DNA from: Escherichia phage CMS-2020a
Direction: 5' to 3' (one strand)
Sequence record: CP053388.1
DNA length: 64,000 bases
Shown here: piece by piece, positions 8,463-18,838 of the stretch
Layout of the letters: the number at the start of each line of letters is the position of its first letter
Numbering within the stretch: the stretch's first letter is position 1
Translations under genes and position numbers: made by a program
Notes under the pieces: generated by a model
Told to the model about the DNA's origin: nothing
Database searches by the model: none
What the model saw: only the letters and a program-made list of their open reading frames with translations

Positions 8463-11400
8463 TCACGTCTTAATGGTTTCTGCTACGTCGGCTAATATCG
8501 CTTCTAGTCGTTCTCCCTCTTCAGGTCTGAAGTAAAGAATGTTGGGGTTAAACCCGTAAAAGACAGTAACGTCAAGGTCTGGAAGATACTCCTTCCTGCC
8601 GACCAAATCGGATGGCTTGTTTTTGTTGTTAAACAATGCCGTTGCCCGGCTACCACACGTCAGCACATAGGTCGGGCGCACCAGATTGATCTCTTCACGC
8701 ATAAAGTCGGTGAACTGGCCGATCTCGTCTTTGGTGTAGTCCTTTTCTTTGTCTTTCACCTTTTTGCAAACGCCTGTGACATAGAGATCGCCCATGCGCA
8801 AATCCCCAGCCGTCAACAGCTTGGCCTTAAAATCGTCGTATCCGTTCTCCATAAAGTAACCGGTTCGAGCATCATTGCCGTTCGCATTGTCCAGAATGAT
8901 CATGATTTTCGGCTTAATACCAATGCTGGGGCGGATTAGTTCATCACCTAAGCCCATTTCAGCCGCCATCCGCGTCATGAGTACGTTAATCTCAGCCGAA
9001 CGTTTGGGGTTCATCTCAAACGGACGTGAGGCTTTAACTGCGTCTATGACAAGGTCTCCCATCAATTCAGCCTGGTCGCGTAGGCGCTCTGGATCAGTTG
9101 CTGGCAGACTACCTGGCTCGATGGATGCAAACGCCCCTACTTTTTGCAGCGATTCGCGCACTCGACTATTACAGGCACGTTTCTCGACAGCTTCTTCGAA
9201 TTGCGCCAGTGACTCGAATTTGCCGCCAACTTTTTCTCGCGCTCTCATGATGGCTTGGCAGCCATTCTCAGAACACCCCTTCACAGCAGAGAAGGGCGCA
9301 TACAGCACCTGGCTGCCATCTTCAAGCGTGCGGATCTCGATTCGGTTAGATGACACGTTAACGTCTGGTGGCAATACGCGAATGCCATAGGTCAGCGCAT
9401 CCTTAACCAGCCCCTGGTGCTTATCCTCGCCCAGAATGGTGAGCGCAGCAGCGAAGAACTCAGCAGGGTAATGTGTCTTTAACCACATAGACTGATAGCT
9501 GATTAAAGAATAAGCAACACTGTGTGATTTGTTGAAGGCATATCCACCGAACTTCTCAAAGGCGTCCCATATTTCTTGGGCTTTTTCCTTACTGAGACCT
9601 TCCTGTTCAGAGACGATCTCCACGTAGTCTATGCCGTCACTAATAGCCTCGCTGTAGCTTCTACGCTTACCGTCTGAGCAATCCAGTTTTGCGTGTTTGT
9701 GAACCTCTACAGTACCTCCATTTTTGAGTGACAGTGTCACCCAGCCTGCTTGTGCTCGTTCTACAAAATCGCTGCCGATCGCTTTCATCTTATCCATGTT
9801 CTTTTTACCGATAGCGGAACGCAGAGCGTCTGCTTCGGCCATAGAGAACCCGGCAAGTACTCGGGAACTTTGCATGATTTGTTCCTGATAGAGCAAAACA
9901 CCATTAGTCTCCCGGGTGACTTCCTCAAGACGCGGATGAATTGAATGTGGAGCCATGAAGCCTTTGGCCACGGACACATAATCGTCCAACATGCCGGATT
10001 GAATCGGGCCAGGTCGGAAGAGCGCAGTCGTAGCAACAACCGTTTTAAAGCTCATTGGCTCAATTCCACCACCTAAATCTTTAAGCAGCTTGCGCATTGG
10101 GCCTGATTCAAGCTGGAAAACACCTTGAGTGTACCCAGCAGCAAAACCATCCAGCACCTTGCGATCTTCAAGAGAAATGGCATCAAGATTGATATCTTCA
10201 CCTGTGTTCTCTTTTATGTAGCGTTTTGCACTATCGAGCAAATCGAGAGTTGCCAGACCGAGTACGTCCAGCTTAATTAGGCCCATAGCCTCGCAGTAAC
10301 GCTTGTCAAATGCGATACAACGCGCGTCACCACGGCGTTCAACCGGTGTACGTTCTGTCAGAGGAACACCTGCTACGATCATCCCTGCCGCATGTCTACC
10401 AAAGCCACGCATAAGGCTTTGTAACTTGCAGGCTGCATTGAATGCATCAGGATATTTTGTTGCGTATTTGTCGAGACTTGCCAGTTGTTCGCGCAGCTCC
10501 TCCAATGGAAGGCTATCATCCTCGACGTTCTTCAGCTCTTTTGATACCGCCATATCTGCGGACTCCACACCATAAATACGAGCGGTATCACGTAGTGCAG
10601 AGGCTGCGCCCAGGTAGGTGAAGTTCGGAATGCCTGCAACGTAATCTTCGCCGTAGCGTTCATTCAGATACTCGATCACCTCATGGCGACGTGCCTGGCT
10701 GAAGTCCAAGTCCGCATCCGGCAAGTCGAGACGCTCAGGGTTGATGAAACGCTCAAACAGAAGACCGTGACGGATTGGGTCGACGTTGGTTATGCCTATG
10801 CACCACGCCACCAGAGAACCGGCAGAGGAACCACGACCAGGCCCAACGGGAATGCCAGTTTCACGACTATGATTCATCAGATCGCGCACCATCAGGAAGT
10901 AACCACAGAATCCCAGGCGAGTCAGCGTGTCCATTTCGTACTTTAGCCGCTCAACATAAACCCTGTTCTCAGAAGCAGGTGGTGTGTAGCCAAACTCTTT
11001 TGTGGTAAGACGTTTACGCAGCCCTGCAACAGCCAGTTTCATCAGCGTTGCAGGCTCGTCGTCTGCCATCTTTGGCAGTGCTGGCGGCAATTCATGCCAG
11101 CGCCATGTGCAGGCATCGATAATGGTATCCTGCGTTGTTGAGGCCATTGCAGCTGTTACCGGCACATCCATGCGAACGGAGAAGGCTTTAAGCGCCTCAA
11201 GGAGATGGCGGCGACCATTGACGGCGTTATCTCGCTGGTGGGGGATACGCAGACGATGCGGCTGGTCGATTTTTATGTTGTTCGTAACCATGTGCGCAAT
11301 GTCTTTAATGTCTGCATCGTCGATCGATTCGTAATAAGCGGGATAGAACGCCACTGGCTCTATTTTCAATGCGCTGGCGACTTTCATCGCCCGGACGTTA

Positions 11401-11969
11401 ATCTGGTCGTAGAATGGGGTAGGGTGCGGATAGACCACACTATAGAAGTTGTCTTTTCCACCCGCTGTAATCAGTGTGCTTATGATTTTTGCAAAATCGT
11501 TGCGTTGGAACACGCTACCGATGTCGGAAGTAAGCAGGATGATGTTGCCTTTGGCATATGTAGAAACCAACTGTTCGAGCGAGAGACGCGGTACAAAGTA
11601 GAACTGTTCTCGTGTGTTGGCCGCCGTCATTAGTTCGCAGATGTCGCGATATCCTTTCTCATTTTTAATTAGAGCGGTAAACGAGTAGTTACGTCCTCGC
11701 TCTAATGATTCCATACATCTCATAGATTCTTTAGCAAGTTTAGCCCGGTGCTCGTATGTGGGATCATCAACAATGTTTAGTTTCACACCACAAATAACCG
11801 CCATGTCGTCACCAGCGGCACGTTGTAGTGGAATAACGCTCGCAATATTCATGCTATCTGCTGAAATTACAGCGGTGTAGCCAGCTTCTCTGGCAATCTT
11901 CACCGCGTTTTCTGCTTTTAGAGCCGACTCCCCAAGTGAGAAGTCAGTTCGAACCATCAGTGCCTTCAT
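8463..11969 (-). CDS. dnaE: DNA polymerase III alpha subunit (DnaE-type, PHP domain N-terminus)
   Basis: 1168 aa; PHP-like N-terminus, conserved polymerase core segments such as GLIKLDVLGL and NKSHSVAYS. Confidence 0.85.
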   Translation of the reverse strand: MKALMVRTDFSLGESALKAENAVKIAREAGYTAVISADSMNIASVIPLQRAAGDDMAVICGVKLNIVDDPTYEHRAKLAKESMRCMESLERGRNYSFTALIKNEKGYRDICELMTAANTREQFYFVPRLSLEQLVSTYAKGNIILLTSDIGSVFQRNDFAKIISTLITAGGKDNFYSVVYPHPTPFYDQINVRAMKVASALKIEPVAFYPAYYESIDDADIKDIAHMVTNNIKIDQPHRLRIPHQRDNAVNGRRHLLEALKAFSVRMDVPVTAAMASTTQDTIIDACTWRWHELPPALPKMADDEPATLMKLAVAGLRKRLTTKEFGYTPPASENRVYVERLKYEMDTLTRLGFCGYFLMVRDLMNHSRETGIPVGPGRGSSAGSLVAWCIGITNVDPIRHGLLFERFINPERLDLPDADLDFSQARRHEVIEYLNERYGEDYVAGIPNFTYLGAASALRDTARIYGVESADMAVSKELKNVEDDSLPLEELREQLASLDKYATKYPDAFNAACKLQSLMRGFGRHAAGMIVAGVPLTERTPVERRGDARCIAFDKRYCEAMGLIKLDVLGLATLDLLDSAKRYIKENTGEDINLDAISLEDRKVLDGFAAGYTQGVFQLESGPMRKLLKDLGGGIEPMSFKTVVATTALFRPGPIQSGMLDDYVSVAKGFMAPHSIHPRLEEVTRETNGVLLYQEQIMQSSRVLAGFSMAEADALRSAIGKKNMDKMKAIGSDFVERAQAGWVTLSLKNGGTVEVHKHAKLDCSDGKRRSYSEAISDGIDYVEIVSEQEGLSKEKAQEIWDAFEKFGGYAFNKSHSVAYSLISYQSMWLKTHYPAEFFAAALTILGEDKHQGLVKDALTYGIRVLPPDVNVSSNRIEIRTLEDGSQVLYAPFSAVKGCSENGCQAIMRAREKVGGKFESLAQFEEAVEKRACNSRVRESLQKVGAFASIEPGSLPATDPERLRDQAELMGDLVIDAVKASRPFEMNPKRSAEINVLMTRMAAEMGLGDELIRPSIGIKPKIMIILDNANGNDARTGYFMENGYDDFKAKLLTAGDLRMGDLYVTGVCKKVKDKEKDYTKDEIGQFTDFMREEINLVRPTYVLTCGSRATALFNNKNKPSDLVGRKEYLPDLDVTVFYGFNPNILYFRPEEGERLEAILADVAETIKT

Positions 11970-12147
11970 GTGTTTTTACCTTTCTGGTTTTTTTGATTTT
12001 GTCATTGGGGAAGCCTACGAACTTCCCATGCATCGAAATCGCAACTTCTTTTGCTGATTGGTGACAATCGGGCTTGTCTGGACACACCAGACAAGCCTTA
12101 CCAGTTTCAGAAGCAGCGATAAGAGAGCCGAAACATCCTTTACGCAC
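11944..12147 (-). CDS. small Cys-rich protein (67 aa)
   Basis: ORF with C-x2-C...C-x4-C-H pattern; overlaps DnaE start by 25 bp. Confidence 0.3.
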   Translation of the reverse strand: MRKGCFGSLIAASETGKACLVCPDKPDCHQSAKEVAISMHGKFVGFPNDKIKKTRKVKTHEGTDGSN

Positions 12148-12149
12148 GA

Positions 12150-13385
12150 TTAACCAAATATTTTTTGAACAACTTCACGAGCCGCTTGTGCAGAAGCTGA
12201 AGGGAGTTTGTTAATGAAAGAACGCTCAATACCTGTCACAAAGTCGCCTCGCATCATTCCAATCTTGGCCGACAACAAAAGTTCACGAGGGCCAATTGGC
12301 TGACTAATGAGGTGTTCTTCGTATCCATCGCGAACGATACCGGCAAACTTAACCATCTTTTCAGCGTATTCATCCACGATGCCTGCATTTGTCAGCATGT
12401 TGATCTCTGCGTCTTTGCTCATGTATTTCACATTCGAAACGATGCCAAAACGCGAAAAGTTCGCGGCGTTCTGGATGTTTGTACCCTGGTACAAGCCGGT
12501 TTCATCACCAGATCCGTTCGTGTTGCCAGTGCCAATGAAAGCAAACCGTTCATGCGGAGTAATGCGACGCCATTCTGGAGTTGCCTCTTTGATGACCAAC
12601 GCTTCACCTTCCAGCACTGGCTGATACACGCCAAGAATTTGTGGAAACGCAAAGTCGTATTCATCCGCGAGGTAAACCCAGCCATGCTTCATTGCGAGCG
12701 CAAGCAAGCCAGGTTCGAAATACGTAGAGCCATCACGCGCCAGAATTTGCCCCGTAACATGTGCCTCTTCCATTGATGCTGTATGTTGGGCACGGATCAA
12801 CGGACGATTGAGCAAAGCACATAGCTGTGTAGGCAATGACGATTTGCCTGTTCCTGCATGACCCCACAAATAGCCAGGTATGCCAAGTTCAAGCATCATG
12901 AAAATATCTTTGATCAGTTCGAAGTCGCCATATACGTAGCCTTTCTTCACTTCGGGAACGAACTCTGGATACGGCGTATTGACGTTGACGCTAACCATGA
13001 GCGGCGTCCCACGTTTTGTTCCGAGTTCTTCCACCGTTACGTTTAGCAGTTCGTGAGCTGCGACCAGATCTGTCTTGTACTCAACTGTGCCTGTGTAGCC
13101 AGGGCTACTGGTCAAGCCAGAAGATTTGGCCATTTCGCTTTTTTGCTCGGCACGTTTAGCTTGAATTGCATCAAGTGCCTTTTTCGATAGCGTTGGTTCA
13201 TCTGGAAACTGCGTTGTGTACATTTTCAGTACGGTGTCAGGATCGGCATCTTTTACTGACTCAGGAATGCCCTCGCAATTACCATTGGCTACATGGGACT
13301 TAAAATAGTGAAATGATTTGCCGCACCACTTGCAAACAAGGTAATCAGAAGGATTTTTTTCATTTTGCAGTGCAGTAGTCGTCAT
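12150..13385 (-). CDS. AAA+ ATPase, CobS/MoxR-like
   Basis: Walker A GHAGTGKSS, Walker B VYLADEYD, paired with downstream VWA protein. Confidence 0.65.
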   Translation of the reverse strand: MTTTALQNEKNPSDYLVCKWCGKSFHYFKSHVANGNCEGIPESVKDADPDTVLKMYTTQFPDEPTLSKKALDAIQAKRAEQKSEMAKSSGLTSSPGYTGTVEYKTDLVAAHELLNVTVEELGTKRGTPLMVSVNVNTPYPEFVPEVKKGYVYGDFELIKDIFMMLELGIPGYLWGHAGTGKSSLPTQLCALLNRPLIRAQHTASMEEAHVTGQILARDGSTYFEPGLLALAMKHGWVYLADEYDFAFPQILGVYQPVLEGEALVIKEATPEWRRITPHERFAFIGTGNTNGSGDETGLYQGTNIQNAANFSRFGIVSNVKYMSKDAEINMLTNAGIVDEYAEKMVKFAGIVRDGYEEHLISQPIGPRELLLSAKIGMMRGDFVTGIERSFINKLPSASAQAAREVVQKIFG

Positions 13386-13480
13386 GCGTTTTTCCTTTGT
13401 TCTCTAATGAGCGTTCAACTTCTTATATAAATATATCATCATCTATCGTAAGTGGTTACTTATCATTAAGGCTGTTTTGT

Positions 13481-15589
13481 TCACTTTAAAATGATACGAG
13501 ATAGTTCAGTAACTACAGATGAACCAAGACTATCAACGCTCGTTACCAGGGCATGATTTGAGTAAAATCTCTCCGGTGCGTCAGTCATGATGCCAATTGC
13601 CATCAAATCAATATCAGTCTGCGTTTCAATTTGCTTCGCAACTGAACGCAAATGAGCGTCAAAACCTCTCCCAACAGCCCACGGCGCGCCATCACTCAGA
13701 ACAAGCATGATCTTCCTGTCCTCCAAGCGACCGGAAAATAACGATGCAAGGCTGGCTATGCTTTCACCATCCACGTTATTAAGAAGTGGGAATGTGTAGC
13801 CTACGCACCCCATACGTGAGCGAACTTCGCGAGAATTTACCTTTTCATTCCAATTTTTGATGATAGGTAGCATTAAAGATTCAAAGCGAGAGAACTCATA
13901 CTTGACAGCCTTAAGTTCTCCTGCCGCCATATGACTACCAAATGTAGTGAAGCCGGTGATAATGTTGGGAACATTTATTCGATCAAGGGCATCGGCGATG
14001 GTATATGCACTTGCAAGAGCCAATTGTATCGTTATACCACTCATTGAACCTGATAAATCAATCACTTGTTGAACACAGGCGTTAACGGCTTTAGATTCTT
14101 CTTTTTTACGAAACACGCGAGCATCATTCATTGCTAATCTGTAGATACTAGAACCATGAATGTGCCCCCGACGCTGGCCCGGTATAAACTGAACTCTGTT
14201 TCTGCTTGCTATTGCTCGCTCCAGGTCTTTTGCCAGCGTCGACGAAACACCTGACGAAAGATGCTTTTCAATATATTTGTCGAAGAGCTGGTTGCCTTCA
14301 GGAACGATGCGATAGCGGCTGATTGGATATCCTCCCAAATCAATATCGGAGAATGTTTTAATAAGCCGTTTGATATGGGCTTCTGCCTGATCAATCGAGC
14401 CGATGAAGTCGTATGAGCGATTGTATGGCCTGTATTCGCTTTTCGAGCTTTCTGTTAACTCGCTTTTAATCGTTTCGGATAGCGCATCTTCTGTCATGCC
14501 TCCGACTTCATCTTCCATGCTATCCAACTCCTCTAAAGCCTCTTCCAGACTCATTTTTGACGGAGTTGGGATATCTGAAGAGCCGTCTTCTGTCGTTTTT
14601 CTTTTTTCGTGGTCAGCGGTTAATGATTCTGACGCCGCGTTATCAGAAGCATCAGAATCTGATACCTCTTTATCATTTTCTGTATCATCGAATATTGTTT
14701 CTGATGATTCAGAATTATCTGAATCATCACTGTCGTTATTATCATGTTTGTGCTTACTATGTGATTCTGATTCGATAGATTTGTGATTATCTAACACTGA
14801 GGGTGTCTCATGATCTTCGTTGTCTTCACTGTTTTCTCCAGAGGCATCCGTCTGGTCAGCGTCTGAAGGATCGGAAGTTTTTCCCGGAGCTGACTCCTTA
14901 CCTTTGCTTTCACTTTCAGTGTCTTTGAGGATCTTAGCTATGGTCGCAGCCACCTTTACACAATCCTCGGTGCAAGACATGTTACGCACGGCCACATCGA
15001 TACCATGTTCTTTTAATAATGAAATTGGTTTCTCAATGACAGGCCAATATTCATCCATGAAATCTACGAACGGTGCTTGGCCATCCCAGGCTCTTACAAC
15101 CGGACAGAGAAAGAAGTTTAGAAAAAGCGCGCGCTGATCTTTGCCACAATAAGCAATAGCCTCTGAAGCCTTTGGTTTAAAGACTTTTTCGATTATAAGG
15201 CGCTGAGTTGCCATCAGATTACGTCTTGTTCCGTTAAAGACCTCACCCATTTTTCGCTCGATGAACACGTCTTCTAAGGCATTCCATAGCGACCAGGAAG
15301 GAACGCGTCCTTTTTCTCTCATTTTGTTGGACACACGAATATCGGTAAACAAAATGTGAGCAACTTCATGATCGAGAAATCCGCGCACAGCATTCATCAA
15401 TGCCGGTGTTGCGTTATCCGGGATTGATGGGATGTTTACGAGAATTGGATCTCCATCATCGTTATAGCGTACATAAGCGTCGTCCCCTCGTTCTGCAACA
15501 GGGATGTTTTTACCTGAAAGGAGAGCGACTACTCGTTTTACACTGTCACGGAAGTCCTGAACCTCTTTGATGGAACGTTTTTTAGACAT
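13481..15589 (-). CDS. von Willebrand factor A (VWA) domain protein, CobT-like, with long acidic Ser/Asp/Glu-rich linker
   Basis: C-terminal VWA/MIDAS-like segment DLSGSMSG; long acidic low-complexity region; partner of AAA+ ATPase. Confidence 0.6.
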   Translation of the reverse strand: MSKKRSIKEVQDFRDSVKRVVALLSGKNIPVAERGDDAYVRYNDDGDPILVNIPSIPDNATPALMNAVRGFLDHEVAHILFTDIRVSNKMREKGRVPSWSLWNALEDVFIERKMGEVFNGTRRNLMATQRLIIEKVFKPKASEAIAYCGKDQRALFLNFFLCPVVRAWDGQAPFVDFMDEYWPVIEKPISLLKEHGIDVAVRNMSCTEDCVKVAATIAKILKDTESESKGKESAPGKTSDPSDADQTDASGENSEDNEDHETPSVLDNHKSIESESHSKHKHDNNDSDDSDNSESSETIFDDTENDKEVSDSDASDNAASESLTADHEKRKTTEDGSSDIPTPSKMSLEEALEELDSMEDEVGGMTEDALSETIKSELTESSKSEYRPYNRSYDFIGSIDQAEAHIKRLIKTFSDIDLGGYPISRYRIVPEGNQLFDKYIEKHLSSGVSSTLAKDLERAIASRNRVQFIPGQRRGHIHGSSIYRLAMNDARVFRKKEESKAVNACVQQVIDLSGSMSGITIQLALASAYTIADALDRINVPNIITGFTTFGSHMAAGELKAVKYEFSRFESLMLPIIKNWNEKVNSREVRSRMGCVGYTFPLLNNVDGESIASLASLFSGRLEDRKIMLVLSDGAPWAVGRGFDAHLRSVAKQIETQTDIDLMAIGIMTDAPERFYSNHALVTSVDSLGSSVVTELSRIILK

Positions 15590-15687
15590 GGCTAATCCTT
15601 TGTTATGAAAACAAATTATTTACTAGTGTGTTTAATGTAGCACTGCGCGAACAGGGAACTAAGCCATTCGCGCAGGGAGAAGAGGGG

Positions 15688-15900
15688 TTAACAGATTCTG
15701 ACGGCTAAAGACCCGGAGCCGGTATTGAGAAGCGTGAAGCGTTTGTTGTTAAATTCGAATATAAAGCCAGTTGTGTCATTCACACCAACCTGAATCTGCT
15801 CATTCGGTAGATCGGTGAGGATGTCAGCTACACACTCATCAGCTAATTTCTGTACGTGTCCGATCTCAAGAGCGATTAGGCTGGAAATAGTGGTGTTCAT
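15688..15900 (-). CDS. hypothetical protein (70 aa), first gene of leftward early operon
   Basis: ORF adjacent to AT-rich divergent promoter region 15900-16150. Confidence 0.35.
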   Translation of the reverse strand: MNTTISSLIALEIGHVQKLADECVADILTDLPNEQIQVGVNDTTGFIFEFNNKRFTLLNTGSGSLAVRIC

Positions 15901-16151
15901 TCAATCAATCCATTCTAACTTATACTATGGTAAGGAATACTACTAAAATTTATATCAATACTGAATACATTCATATCATATACAAGTTAATTTTCTTACC
16001 TGTTTTGGGCTAATTTTTCTCCGTGCAATGGCCTTTAACCGGTCTTTTAAGTGCCTATCGAAAAAAATGATAATAGCTTTACAACCCTAACCTTTGATGT
16101 AATATCGGTAAGCACTTACCAGTGAGAATTGAACGCGCAAAGGTTGTAACA

Positions 16152-16538
16152 ATGTCTGACAACAAGATTGAATTTATAGAAAGTCGCTATGCTGCTTTTA
16201 TCGCAGGGCTGATTGAATCCTCACCTATGAGTCAGGCCCAAATAGCCAGACTTATTGGTTATAAAAATGCCAACAACCTTTCTTTAATTAAAAGTGGCAA
16301 AATTCCATTGCCTATCGATAAGGTTCGTCCGTTGGCGCTGGCGCTGGGTATTGAGCCAAGTCGTCTTATGATGATGGTGCTGGAAGAACGCCAACCTGAA
16401 CTCGCAGCATTTTTATACAAAGAAGGCACCGCTCCTCTTAACGAGGACGAAAAACAGGTTCTTGCTGCATATAACGAGCGATTCGGTAAAGAGAAAGGCG
16501 CATCACAAAAGGTTGTTGAGGCTATAAAGTCTCTATGA
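16152..16538 (+). CDS. XRE-family helix-turn-helix transcriptional regulator (candidate repressor)
   Basis: HTH segment SQAQIARLIGYKNANNLSLIKSGK; start placed at ATG 16152 with AAGG RBS (track ORF starts at GTG 16122). Confidence 0.65.
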   Translation: MSDNKIEFIESRYAAFIAGLIESSPMSQAQIARLIGYKNANNLSLIKSGKIPLPIDKVRPLALALGIEPSRLMMMVLEERQPELAAFLYKEGTAPLNEDEKQVLAAYNERFGKEKGASQKVVEAIKSL

Positions 16539-17636
16539 AAAATTTACACGAATAAGCTCTGTTGATAGACGATCTCCCTTGAATTTGTGGTCAATTTCGT
16601 CTAAATCCGGTTGCTCTACAATTGATGCGATGTACGTCGAGAAACTTTCTAAGGCGTCTCGCATCTCGTCCATATAATCGTGCCGGTCGTAGACTCGATC
16701 TATCCCCTCAAGACTGTGGTTCATGATTTTGCGTGATACCTCCTGGCTTATGCCTAATGCTGGGAAGTAACTACGCGCAGTACGGCGCAAGTCTCGGGGT
16801 GTAAATGGCTCAAGCTCCATCAGTTCTGGTCGTTCCAGAATACGACGTAATGCCTGGGCTATTGCCACTTTAGACATAGGAAGGTCTTTCCCGATTTTTT
16901 TATTCGAAGGCACGAGCCACTGGCTGCCTTTACCGTATTCGAACAACTCTTCAATACATGTGCGCATTAATGTGCTTAAAGGCAGCGAATGCTCACGGGC
17001 AGATTTGTTCCTCTTGCCTTGATTCCAAACCCCACGCTTAAGATTGAACTCACTTTTTTTAGCCCGCAGTACTTCGTCAGGTCGTCTTGCGGATACAAGA
17101 CACAGCCTGGCCGCCCATTTTGTACCAGCGCACACATTGAAGTAGTCCCATATATTCCAGAACACCCATACCTCTGCGTCGGTCAGCTTCCGCTCGCGAG
17201 GTGTGGGCTTTGCGCCACCGGCAACTTTGTTTAGTGACATATCGTTTAACGGTGACACGTCTATCATCCCCTGGAAGGCGCACCAGCTAAGGAACTGCTT
17301 CATCAGAGAGAAAACGCGGCGGCCCATAACAATTTTGCCATCCAGTATTAGTGGGTTGACCAGTTGGTTCACCATGAACCTATTAATGTCACTTACTTTT
17401 ACATCGGCAATGTGCGGCAAAACATGTATCAAAATACAATGAACAGCGATCTCTGGCCGACGTCTGGTTATCAGCAGAGATAAGCGAGTGAATAACATGA
17501 ATGCGTCCGAGAATCTCATGTCATTGCTGACCTGGGAGATCATAACGGCCTGCATTTGAGATGCTCTTTCGAGATACTCAATCGCCTCTTTTGAGGTGTT
17601 CTCCGCAGCGCGTGCTCTGTCAAAGCTATTTTTCAT
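16533..17636 (-). CDS. tyrosine site-specific recombinase (integrase/resolvase family)
   Basis: C-terminal R...H-x-x-R...Y pattern (RDLRRTARSYF, NHSLEGIDRVYDRHDY). Confidence 0.65.
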   Translation of the reverse strand: MKNSFDRARAAENTSKEAIEYLERASQMQAVMISQVSNDMRFSDAFMLFTRLSLLITRRRPEIAVHCILIHVLPHIADVKVSDINRFMVNQLVNPLILDGKIVMGRRVFSLMKQFLSWCAFQGMIDVSPLNDMSLNKVAGGAKPTPRERKLTDAEVWVFWNIWDYFNVCAGTKWAARLCLVSARRPDEVLRAKKSEFNLKRGVWNQGKRNKSAREHSLPLSTLMRTCIEELFEYGKGSQWLVPSNKKIGKDLPMSKVAIAQALRRILERPELMELEPFTPRDLRRTARSYFPALGISQEVSRKIMNHSLEGIDRVYDRHDYMDEMRDALESFSTYIASIVEQPDLDEIDHKFKGDRLSTELIRVNFS

Positions 17637-17809
17637 ATGACAATCACCGAGTTACGCCGATTCACTGTATAAGTAAACAGTATATTAGGCATAGATTCTT
17701 ATAGGATCAAGAGTAAAAGTAACTCATTTTCACTAATGATTCCATACATAGTAGGTATGGAATCATTTAAGGGAGGAATTTAAATTCTGAGGCGTTATTA
17801 ATATGATTG

Positions 17810-18220
17810 TTAAGGGTTAGTGAGAGCTTGAAATGCGGCCGCGTAGGCAGCGATATCGACCATAATTTTTGGATCTTTCGCGTACTGATGTGCGTTGTTA
17901 GGGAAGATTGCCAATAGGCTATACACATCTTGGAAATGTGCATGTTGACTGTAAACGAGTGCACGGTCGCTTGTGCAATTGAATCTGCTGCGGCTGCTGG
18001 TTCGTTCTTGCTTCGTGAACAAGAGATGAACGTGATAGACGCGGGAGGACACGATAGCACCAGGAGCCGTATACGGGCCATCTTTGCCGAATATGGCTGG
18101 GTACATGCCTTGTTTAAACGACTTGAAATCGTTGAGTAACGTAATCTCTAAGTCAGGCTTTATATCGAAGGTCGGCTTTAAAAATTGGGCGTAACTATCA
18201 CTGTTCCATGTGATCTTCAT
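17810..18220 (-). CDS. YafO-like toxin candidate
   Basis: motifs RVYHVHLL, FNCTSDRALVYSQHA, LLAIFPNNAH match my recollection of E. coli YafO; recall-based only. Confidence 0.45.
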   Translation of the reverse strand: MKITWNSDSYAQFLKPTFDIKPDLEITLLNDFKSFKQGMYPAIFGKDGPYTAPGAIVSSRVYHVHLLFTKQERTSSRSRFNCTSDRALVYSQHAHFQDVYSLLAIFPNNAHQYAKDPKIMVDIAAYAAAFQALTNP

Positions 18221-18229
18221 CGTTCAACC

Positions 18230-18838
18230 TCAATGGAATGAGAAGTTGGCGAAGACGTCCTCATCAATGAGGCCAGTCTGCGATTCGATGACGTCTACGT
18301 CGTTAAAACACTGATTTAAAATCAATAGCAGATCAGAGATAGCTAAACGATACTCAGTTACAGAATCGCTCAAGCGTTTCAAATATGGATGAGGTTGCTC
18401 AGAGTCGCGAATCAACTTGTTAACGAATCCCTCCAAACCACGAATGGTCAGGTCAACGTTCTTCAGTTCTTCGTAACGACTTTCACCGAAGTTGCTGCGA
18501 ATCTTTTCCGCTTTCCATCCAGAGATGGCATGGGCTAAGCGAACGTGTTTCGCCGTCAATTCTGCGAGCTTGCTTTCAATCTTTGCCAGCTGTGCCGCAT
18601 CGCGGTTTTCTTGAACAGGAATAGCCGCAGTGCTCACATAGGTTTGTGTTTTGAATCCTGTGAATTTCGCAGAGGGCTTCATCGTGCCACGGAAGCGTCG
18701 ATATCCACGCGGTTCAATAAAATCACGCCCAGATTTAGCTGTAGGCTTTGCGTTTGAAAAGCGTGAAGCGTTAGAGGTCACAGTAGCAAGGGCATTGCTA
18801 ATGACACTCATATCTTCTAGGCAATTTTCTAAACGCAT
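18230..18838 (-). CDS. hypothetical protein (202 aa), upstream partner of YafO-like gene
   Basis: ORF 9 bp upstream of toxin candidate on same strand. Confidence 0.45.
   Translation of the reverse strand: MRLENCLEDMSVISNALATVTSNASRFSNAKPTAKSGRDFIEPRGYRRFRGTMKPSAKFTGFKTQTYVSTAAIPVQENRDAAQLAKIESKLAELTAKHVRLAHAISGWKAEKIRSNFGESRYEELKNVDLTIRGLEGFVNKLIRDSEQPHPYLKRLSDSVTEYRLAISDLLLILNQCFNDVDVIESQTGLIDEDVFANFSFH

Noticed and set aside
8875-9390. 171-aa + strand ORF
   Set aside because: Antisense within the DnaE gene; no start context; DnaE frame carries conserved polymerase motifs.
12307-12776. + strand ORFs (105 and 154 aa)
   Set aside because: Antisense inside the AAA+ ATPase gene, which has clear Walker motifs in the minus frame.
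16533-17636. Calling the tyrosine recombinase a prophage integrase with an adjacent attP
   Set aside because: No att-like core or tRNA-matching sequence was found next to it, and the element carries replicon and partition genes; left as a generic recombinase.
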